Position numbers and translations under genes: made by a program. This document shows positions 53,797 through 64,000 of a DNA stretch of 64,000 nt, piece after piece. Within the stretch, counting starts at the first letter, position 1. Every line of letters begins with the position of its first letter. The DNA comes from Octopus sinensis (Eukaryota), in assembly GCF_006345805.1 (NCBI RefSeq), contig NC_043020.1:24676001-24740000 (forward strand), given 5' to 3'. Below the pieces are notes generated by a model. It ran no database searches and was not told where the DNA came from. It was given only the letters and a program-made list of their open reading frames with translations.

Positions 53797-55309
53797 ATAT
53801 AATTAGAAGCACAAAATCTATTGAAAGATTGAGTACTACAAAATAAGTAGAGACACGATATATATTGACATCCTAACTACATACGTGGAGAGAAAAATAT
53901 CCGTTCTGTGTAGGTTCCTTAACCTTTCTGTGAGCGTTGGGTCAGATATATTTCTTCTGAATATGTAAACAGAAGAGATGGGCGGTACAGATCGATAGCT
54001 AAACCACTTCTTTTATTATGTTATTGATAGGTTTTCCTATCCTGTTCTATATATTTTGTTTACATCTTATTTATTTATTTATTACAATACATTTTCTCTG
54101 AATACGATTTACATTCAGTTCGATTAGTTTGATAGGAAATTGTATAATGTGGCTCTGTGGGGAACCTGAGGACGATATAAAGTCATACATGTGTGTGTGT
54201 GTGGTAATATTGTGTTGCCTGTGTAGGAAACAGCTAGATGTATTTATGGAGGTATATACACACGTATAGAAGCAATCACTCCCCCACACACCTTATTAAT
54301 AAATCCTTACAGTATAAATGTTACATATACATACCCACAACAACTCTTCAAAACAATAAAGACAATTCTACATCTATACAGTATATATCGTGCATCATAT
54401 ATATACATATACACACAAGCACACATCAGATTTTAAAGGCAATAAAGACGCTTCGGCATATAGACAAATGTGTTATACATACACTATATAACATACATAT
54501 GCATAAAATATATATATCTATATGTATACTCTCTCTCTTACACACACACACTCATACACACACAAAATCTTAACGGCAATAAAATCACTGTTAGTGTTGA
54601 TAAAATAGTCACACACAGGTAAGCATTAACATTTATACACAATTTGGTGTTTATATATTTACTTTTCTCTCTCAGACACATTCACTCAAACACAAAGACA
54701 ACACACGTATGAACACACAGTGAACACACACGAACATACAGACACACACACGAACACAGTGAATACGCACACACACACACACACACACACACCACACACA
54801 CACACACAAGTGCAACAACGTACGGAAACATCTCGCTGAACTTTCGCTTTTTTTCTTTTTTCTCCCTTCCAATTTTGCCATTCATCTCACCTTCCTCATC
54901 ATCACCACTCAAACCCCCACCACCACTACCACCACCATGCACCTCTTCAACAAAAGGAAATGACATTCCATGATTTTAATTATTATCGCTGTCAACTACT
55001 AAATGGGTCGCCACCCAACCAAACCATTCACACCCGCCATTGCACCGGAAGTGGAAAGGTCAGCCATTGCTTATAGTTCTTATCAAAGATTCCGGCTCTT
55101 TTTTTTCATGTGCAACAAATATCACACAATGCCTATTACTCATTTGTGTGTATGGATTGTTGCTTTGTCCTTTTGTGTCTTGTATGCGTGTGTCTATGAT
55201 ACTAAATATTGTTTTATTTAGGTTTTAATAGTTGATACATTTCACTCAAAATCGTATTTGCAATATGGTTAACAGAATCGGTGTTGTTATTGTTATTGTT
55301 TTTATGATT

Positions 55310-55750
55310 AGTTTGTCTTCTGGGCATGACTTGAAATTGCATCCAGTAGTTTGAATGCCTGGTTCTGAAGTTCTAGGGGACTCAAAGAGTGTGGTAACAT
55401 TCTTGTTCCCAGATCTGTTCTGACCTGGAGTAGTAGCCTCTGTCAGCGTCCCAGTTATGAGTTAAGACTTACCTGGCTATGCAATGTAAAGACTGAAACC
55501 AGCAGACTCTGTGGAAGAAATCTTCATAGTTCAAATGAGAGGAAGGCGACTGCGTCAACGCATTGTGGAGTGCAGAGAGCAAGATGAGTGAGGTACAACG
55601 TCTTGGTCAGCACTGCACCCGGTTCGATCTCCAGTCATCTTGACTGAAGAAGGTCATCATGGACGAGAGAGGAGCAAGGCTGACGCTGTGCAACACTTCT
55701 TCACTTTAAATAAAGTCTCTGTAAATGTCATCAGTCATCCTTAAAGATGA
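55310..55750 (-). mobile_element. RTE/BovB-like LINE 5'UTR relic
   Basis: gatctccagtcatcttgact...gagag.gaggctgacgc.tgtgcaac.ct...cactt.aa resembles the reverse complement of RTE 5' regions as I recall them; not database-verified. Confidence 0.45.
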
Positions 55751-55829
55751 TTAGACGGTCCGTCAAGTGTTATTAGTACAAATGATGAGTGATGGATTAG
55801 CAAACTCAGTAGTTCAACGAAAAAATGTT

Positions 55830-56035
55830 CTCTCTTTTACTTGTTTCAGTCATTTGACAGTGGCCATGCTGGGACACCGCCTTTAGTCGACCCCCGGGAA
55901 TATTTCTTTGTAAGCCTAGTACTTATTCTATCGGTCTATTTTGCCGAACCGCTAAGTTACGGGGACGTAAACACACCAGCATCAGTTATGAAGCGATGTT
56001 GTTGGGGGGGGGAAATACAGACATACAAACATATA
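55830..56035 (-). mobile_element. SINE family A, 3' half only
   Basis: ctcttttacttgtttcagtcatttgacagtggccatgctgggacaccgcc...; breaks off at the internal microsatellite. Confidence 0.88.
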
Positions 56036-56163
56036 CACATACATACATATATATACATATATATATACATATATATGATACATACATATATATATACATA
56101 TATATATACATACATATATATACATATATATATATACATATATATATACATACATATATATAC

Positions 56164-56210
<47 letters not shown>

Positions 56211-56256
56211 CACATATATATAATACATATATATATATACATATATATATATATAC

Positions 56257-56301
<45 letters not shown>

Positions 56302-56563
56302 CATATATATATATACACATATATATATACACACATATATATATATACATATATATTATACATATATATATATACACATATATATATATAATATAATATA
56401 TATACATATAATATATACATATACATATATACATATACATATATACATATACATATATACATATACATATATACATATATATATATACATATATATATAT
56501 ACATATACATATATACATATACATATATACATATACATATATACATATACATATATACATATT
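56036..56563. repeat. (TATACA/TA)n tract
   Basis: Direct inspection; continuous with the internal microsatellite of the SINE A copy. Confidence 0.9.
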
Positions 56564-56568
56564 TTTTT

Positions 56569-57422
56569 ACCCCTCTGCGAAAAGATCTCAGAATTTTAAT
56601 TGATTTGCTTTTCGCGGGAAGGAATTTTTCTTCGAAGTATACGTCTCGCTTTTATCCTTCGAAACGTTTAGTAGATGAAATCTTAGCGACTGAAGAAGGG
56701 GATTTTTCGTTGTGCTTATTGTCCTGTATCTCTCCCTTTTTTTTGCTTGTCTTGTTCCTTGGTTTGTGTCTATGTGTTTCGTCTCTCTATGTGTTCGACG
56801 TCTTTTTGGTGTCCTGTACACATATATGCGTGTATATGTACATGTAGAGGTAGGTACGTACATATATGTTTATATATATGCATATATTCTATTTTATTAA
56901 CATATTATACGATTAAACGCACGCACCCTACTAAGTAAGATTGTTCTGTTTATCAAGTTAGCCTTGATATTAACTCTCACGCGACTCTGCATCTTTCTTT
57001 CTTTCTCTCCCATTCCCTTTTTTCGTCTTTTTTTTCCCTCACTTAACTTGTCTCTTCCTCTCTCTCTCACTCTTCATTCTCTCTCTCCCTTTCACCATTC
57101 TTCATGGTCTCCTCGCACCATTCCCCTTCTTCTCTCTCTTCCTCTTGCTCCTCCTCCCCCATTCCCGTCATCCATCTGCGACGATACTTCCGTCGTAACT
57201 GCTTCCTGTCCTTTCTCACTCGCCTTGCAAGGCTTCTGGTTGACAAAATTTCCCTCTCTGTCTTCCACTATAATCCAGCGTTTACAATACTTTTTTCGTC
57301 TGGCGTTAACAGCCCTTCTTATCTTGTTCTCCTTGTCTTGTCTCTCACTGTTATATATTTATTTTTCCACTGTTTTTATATATATTTTTTTACTGTTTAT
57401 ATGTTTGTACTGTCGTTACCGT

Positions 57423-57459
<37 letters not shown>

Positions 57460-57796
57460 CTCTGCGAAAAGATCTCAGAATTTTAATTGATTTGCTTTTC
57501 GCGGAAGGAATTTTTCTTCGAAGTATACGTCTCGCTTTTATCCTTCGAAACGTTTAGTAGATGAAATCTTAGCGACTGAAGAAGGGGATTTTTCGTTGTG
57601 CTTATTGTCCTGTATCTCTCCCTTTTTTTTGCTTGTCTTGTTCCTTGGTTTGTGTCTATGTGTTTCGTCTCTCTATGTGTTCGACGTCTTTTTGGTGTCC
57701 TGTATACATATATGCGTGTATATGTACATGTAGAGGTAGGTACGTACATATATGTTTATATATATGCATATATTCTATTTTATTAACATATTATAC
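56569..57796. repeat. Family X element with about 340-bp direct terminal repeats (56569-56910 and 57456-57796)
   Basis: The two repeats differ by about one substitution and two single-base indels; no TG..CA ends, PBS or PPT seen. Confidence 0.85.
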
Positions 57797-57924
57797 ATAT
57801 ATACATATATATATATACATATACATATATACATATACATATATACATATACATATATACATATACACATATACATATACATATACACATATATATACAT
57901 ATACATATATACATATACACATAT

Positions 57925-57963
<39 letters not shown>

Positions 57964-58043
57964 TTATATATAATATACATATATATAATACATATATTAT
58001 ATATACATATATATATATATATACATATATATATTATATATAC

Positions 58044-58088
<45 letters not shown>

Positions 58089-58229
58089 CATATATATATA
58101 TACATATATATATATATACACATTATACATATATATATATACATATATATAATACAATATATATATACATATATATATATATATACATATATATATACAT
58201 ATATATATATACATATATATATACTATAC

Positions 58230-58260
<31 letters not shown>

Positions 58261-58300
58261 CATATATATATACATATATATATAACATATATATATATAC

Positions 58301-58345
<45 letters not shown>

Positions 58346-58412
58346 CATATATATATACATATATATACATATATATATATACATATATATATATACATAT
58401 ATATATATATAC
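57797..58412. repeat. (TATACA/TA)n tract
   Basis: Direct inspection. Confidence 0.9.
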
Positions 58413-58936
58413 AGGGATTTTCGTACTGAGTTGAAATCGCACCGTGGTCTATTTCTATTTCATCTATCATCGTTCCGAGGTCGATAAAAATAAAGTACCA
58501 ATGCAGTACAAGTGAAATAAAGAGGCTATTGTCAGGGAGTACACACCTCGTCTAATCACAGTTTGCGTACAAATAATGTAAATCTATATTATATGCATGG
58601 TATACGTGTGAATATAAATATATATCCCTTAATGAAAACAATCATATAAAGTCGTGCATTCAGCAACAAATGCAGACGAAATCTGCGGGTTAAACCATAC
58701 ACACAAACATATACACATATATGTATTCAGCTTCATAAAGAATTTACACCATTTATTGAGCACGCTCTGTCTTTTTCGAGAAAAGTTGTATCATTCGAAT
58801 ATATATGATACACACACACACACGCTAAGTTTCTGAATTACATCGAGTAACTCCGTTTCAATCAAACTGAAGAGGATACGACGATCGAGTTCAAGTGTGA
58901 TTAGGAAAATAAAATACAGACAATGATATCGAAGAC

Positions 58937-58975
<39 letters not shown>

Positions 58976-59404
58976 AATGATGATGATGATGATCATCATC
59001 ATGATGATGGTGGTGGTGGTGGTGGCGGTGGCAACACCAAAGATGATGATGATGCGAGTCTAAAGATGATATTTAAATACACCAATTATTTTCTTCGTTA
59101 TTGTTCCCTAACAGATTATTCGTTGGAGATTTTATTCAACATTTTTTTTTACTTCGACGCAACATTTGTAAAGGTTAAGCAAAACACTCACACACACCAC
59201 TTCACCCTTTGAATATACGGACATACAACACTATATATATATATTGTGTATGTTTATGTGTGAATGTGTGAGAACATTCGAATACGCATATATATAATTA
59301 AATATATAATTAAATGTGAATATAAATGTATCAATAACAAATACACGCATACAATATATATGTACTAAAAATACATGTGTATGTATGTATATATGAATAT
59401 GTGC

Positions 59405-59436
<32 letters not shown>

Positions 59437-60113
59437 GTTTGTGTATGTGTATATGTATATTTGCATATATGTGTGCATTTGTATATATATATACCCACAT
59501 TTATATATATATATAAGTATATAAGAGTGCGCGCGCGTAGGTCTATAAGTGTGTATACTGCCACATACATTCGCGTACATGTACACGTATGTATTGCAAT
59601 GCATAAAATAAATTGCAGAACTCATATGCATATATATGTTCGAACACCTGTGTGTGTGTGCATGTGTATATATATATATATAGATATAATTATATATAAT
59701 ATATATATAAAGTATATAAAAGTGAGCGTGTGTGTTCTTAGATGCATGTATAAGGAAGTGTTAGTATATATAATAATCATACAAATGTCCGTGTGTATGC
59801 GTTCATATAACAGTGTAGGTACGTATGCGTATATATGCGTCAGGTGAGAGTTTTGCATTCATAAATTGCATGTCTTTAATCGATAAAAGACATTCATTAA
59901 TTGATACAGTCAGTATATATATATATATAGGTTGTGCATACATGTGTGTAGTGACGTGCAAGTGTGCAGTCATGCATTTCTTTACACACTGATTGCTTTA
60001 ATAAGCAAGCACAAACAGAACCCGAGGCGTACATGAGTGTATGCGTGTGTGTATACACATGCACATATATGCTATGTATTTGCATACACACACACACACC
60101 TATACATACATAT

Positions 60114-60161
<48 letters not shown>

Positions 60162-60667
60162 TATATAATTTTCTTCATATACACTTGTCACAAACTTCGA
60201 TCGCAGAAATGCACATCCGGATGACTAAGCCAAGCTCTAGGTGGTTGGAGAAAGAGAGAGAGGGGGAGATATAAGTTAATAAGGACAGAGGGTGAAAGGA
60301 AAAGTGAAAGAAAGGAAGAAAGACAGTATGGTGGGAGTGAAAGTGAAAGACCGACAACAAACGGGGTGTGGGGCGTATGTAGCTGAAACAGCAGGTGAAA
60401 TAACTAGGGAAGAGATAGTTAGTTGCAGGACAGGTGAGTCATGGAACTCGCACCTAATTGGTGTAGTAATTGATGTTTGGTTGCCAGCTGTTGTGTTCGT
60501 CCGTGCCCAGTGTCACACACACACGATGGAGTTTGAACTGAAAATAACTATAAACTAGACACAAAATATTTTAACACATTCTCCTTTTTGCTCATCTATT
60601 AGTTTATATATATATTTCTTTATTGAAGGTGATGTTTTATCTGGTTTCGCTAACAAGCACACACACA

Positions 60668-60758
<91 letters not shown>

Positions 60759-62648
60759 CACATAACCTTGCACGCGCTTAGATGAAGACAGATGCACATA
60801 CATAGGGGAAAATAATTGACCGTAATGAAAAAAAGGATCTCCGAGTAGCGACTTGATGAATCAAAAGCTTTGTGTGTGTGTTTGTGCGTGCGCGTTCGGA
60901 TACCTAGCTACGTACAAAGACATTTGAGTGAGTCATCACAATAATTATGAAAGAATTACTTTGAGTAGTAAGCCTGATAGGCCAGCAAGATTTTGGTGTA
61001 TCTGCGGAGTATGGTCGATAAATGGAACTGCTCAGGTAGGATTAAGTAATCAAGCAGGGGTGTGTAGTGTCATCTGGCTTGAAGCCAATTCAATCATTTG
61101 TAGCTGCCGGGAGTCGCGGTTTGCTGAGACACGTGTGTGGTTACGGACGTGTAGCGGGTGTTTCTTTGCGCGCAGGCATCTGCACGCGCACGTGTGTGTG
61201 TATAGGCATGAAATTATATATATGTACACAGATGTCTATGTTTATATATATATATACGCATACACATACACACACATATATTTACACATACACGAGATAA
61301 ATTTAAGAGAGATAGCGAGGACGCGATTACGCACACTTATATATATTCTCACATGTCTGTATGTTTGTATGTGTGTATATGTGTGAGAGAGGGAGAGAGT
61401 GTGCGTGTATACATACACACACTGACATTTGTGTGTATGTGTGTATGAGTTTGAAGAGGTTAAGAGATATAGAAAGTGATTGTAGCACACATGTTTTGAT
61501 ACACACTCATATATACACAAAACAGACATAGTGGAAGAGTAGACAGCCAGACAGTGTGACGATTTCGAGATGGGATTGTGAGGGAGCAGTGAAGATCAAG
61601 ATCGAAATATTAATGACATTATTGATCTGAAGGATTTGAACGTCAAGCAAAGTTCAATATTGCCTTTACTCGGTCACCGGAAGTGAATGCGGTGGGACCG
61701 GAAATAAATGCCGTGAAATATCTATTGTTAGCTCACCGTCATGTTACCCACACACCGACCTTGTAGTTTTGATTGCAATTATATTACATTCACTGCTGCT
61801 GATTATGGTGACGACGACGGGGTTGATGGCAACGATGAAGATGACAATGATGATGGCGACGATAATAATAATGACTATGACAACAGAAGCTGCACAAAGA
61901 AATTGATTTTCGGATTATAATCACAGCATGTTGTTCGTGAGAGAGAGAGGGGAAGGGAGAGAGAGAGGGAAAGAGAGAGAGAGATCCAAGCTTTCCTCAA
62001 ATCACATAAGTAACACAAAATAATTGGAAATGATGGTCGCAGCAGGAAGTTTTTGATCACCGATATGCTGTAAAGAGCTGACCTTGGGTTAAACCACGGC
62101 ACAGAATATACCACAGAAAACACACACACTACACATGCATAAAGTTCGAACACACACCATACTACAAAACAATACACGGACGCAACCGAAAAGCACCGAG
62201 CGAGAACAGAACAGAAAATACAACGAAATAAATGCAAATACATAAAACACGCAAAATACAATACAACTAAGAGTACACAATATGGCGGAAAACGCAACCA
62301 ATACAACGACGAAACTCTGAAAGCAATGCTTCAACCGCAGCACAATATCTCAAGAACGCAACACAACACTCAGTTATATATTACAATGGTGACAGACACA
62401 CCACAACCCTGAGAAAAACAACAACACAAACACCTGAAAAAAAAAATAAACTTCATAGAAATAGAAATTAAATATATAAAACAACCACAAAATGTTATTT
62501 CAAACAAATGATATTTCAAACAAGAATCAACTTGAGAAATATAAAATTAATTAAGATAAAATTTAATAATTTCATAATTAAATAAATAAATAATAATAAT
62601 AATAATCATAATAATAATAATAATAATAATGATGATAATAATAATAAC

Positions 62649-62685
<37 letters not shown>

Positions 62686-62691
62686 TAATAA

Positions 62692-62722
<31 letters not shown>

Positions 62723-63214
62723 AAGAAGAAGAAGAAGAAGAAGAAGAAGAAGAAGAAGAAAATTATTTCGAAGAGAAACCAAACGAACGAAAGGAAACTA
62801 AAAAGGAAGCGAATAAACAAACAAAAATTCAAATATTCAGACAGACAGGCAGACGGACAAGAGTCAGACACACAGACAGACGAATACTAAAAGAAAAAAG
62901 TGCTTCTGTAGAAAACCTGTTTTATTTTTTTATTTATATTTAAAATGATTTAGCTATTTCTATTTTCCAAGTTCTTTTTTAATTTAAAATTTAATTTAAA
63001 TATTTTCGTTTTCATATTTCATTCATATGTTGTTATATCAATTTCGTTGTTAATTATTTCACCTTTTTCTCCTTTATTTCAATCATTTGTATTATGATAA
63101 TTATAATTTTGATTACAATTGTGATTTCGGTGACGATAATTAAGGTTACGATTAAAATTACGGTTAAGATCGGCATTGTGATTATGATTACAGGGACTAT
63201 ATTGGTTTTAAATG

Positions 63215-63633
63215 CTGGCTCGAGGCTAGCAATTTCGAGAGATAGGGATAAGCTGATTACATCGTCCCCAGTGCTGGACAGGTAATTATTTTACCGACCC
63301 CGAGAGGGATGAAAGCAAAGTTGACCTCGGCCGAAGTTGAACCCACAGCGTAAAGACGGATGAAATGCTGCTAAGCATTTTTCCCGGCGTGCTAACGATT
63401 CTTATTTCTTTAATGCCCACAAGGGGCTAAATATAGAGAGGACAAACAAGGACAGACAAAGGTGCTAAGTCGATTACATCGACCCCAGTGCGTAACTGGT
63501 ACTTAATTTATCGACCCCGAAAAGATGAAATGCAAAGTCGACCTCGGCGGAATTTGAACTCAGAACGTAACGGCAGACGAAATACGGCTACGCATTTCGC
63601 CCGGTGCGCTAACGTTTCTGCCATCTCGCCGCC
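63215..63633 (-). mobile_element. Two abutting SINE family B copies (63215-63400 older; 63401-63633 younger long-tail type)
   Basis: Repeated gattacatcg.ccccagtg...accgaccccga...gacctcggc...gcattt..cccgg.g.gctaacg. Confidence 0.9.
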
Positions 63634-63833
63634 GTCTAGAGGCAATATTAAAATTTTAAAACAAAAGCAGCCGCAAGAATGAATTACTTGAAAGAAAAAC
63701 AAAAAAATCAAATAGCGAAACCATTTGAAGGAATGAGAAGGAACCGAAAGTTGAACAGAACGAAGAACAAGAAATGAAAAAAGAAAAGGTGGACCAGCTA
63801 AGATCGCGTCTTTATTCCAATGTGTAGATCCAA

Positions 63834-64000
63834 GGAGGCGAGCTGGCAGAACCGTTAGCGCATCGGAGAAAATGTTTAGCAATATTTTCTTCCTGTTTAT
63901 TTTTATGTTCAGAAGTCAACTCCCCCCGAAGCCTTTCTTTTCGGGATCGATAAAATGTCAACCAAGCACTGGGGTTGATGTAATCGACCAATCCCCTCCT
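63834..64000 (+). mobile_element. SINE family B, runs off the window
   Basis: ggaggcgagctggcagaaccgttagcgc...gatcgataaaat...cactggggttgatgtaatcgacc. Confidence 0.8.

Noticed and set aside
60395-60440. Strong donor-like CAG/GTGAGT
   Set aside because: No supported upstream acceptor or recognisable reading frame.

Overview
Repeat-saturated, AT-rich eukaryotic DNA, most likely from a cephalopod (Octopus-like). This is inferred from the SINE families and the very high density of (TA)n, (CA)n, (AGAT)n and (AAT)n tracts. I cannot support any host protein-coding exon: almost all ORF-track entries are translations of microsatellites or SINEs. The only recognisable protein domains belong to dead non-LTR retrotransposons, namely a 3.5 kb CR1-like LINE at 10.3-13.8 kb and 3' fragments at 0.7 and 22.6-23.5 kb. 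The window also holds several tRNA-derived SINE families (my labels A-D), Helentron-type HINEs, Tc1/pogo-type MITEs and an RTE 5'UTR relic. The best novel signal is a 570-bp element at 16964-17533. Its 213-bp inverted arms each carry a type I hammerhead ribozyme fold, and the + strand copy has intact core boxes, a GUC site and a palindromic helix III. Several decayed hammerhead-like Penelope-type relics occur elsewhere, some in the same outward-facing inverted architecture. A second clear signal is that the dominant SINE shares its 3' tail, including a covarying stem-loop, with the CR1-like LINE. Family names come from recalled motifs and not from database searches; the boundaries of degraded repeats are approximate.
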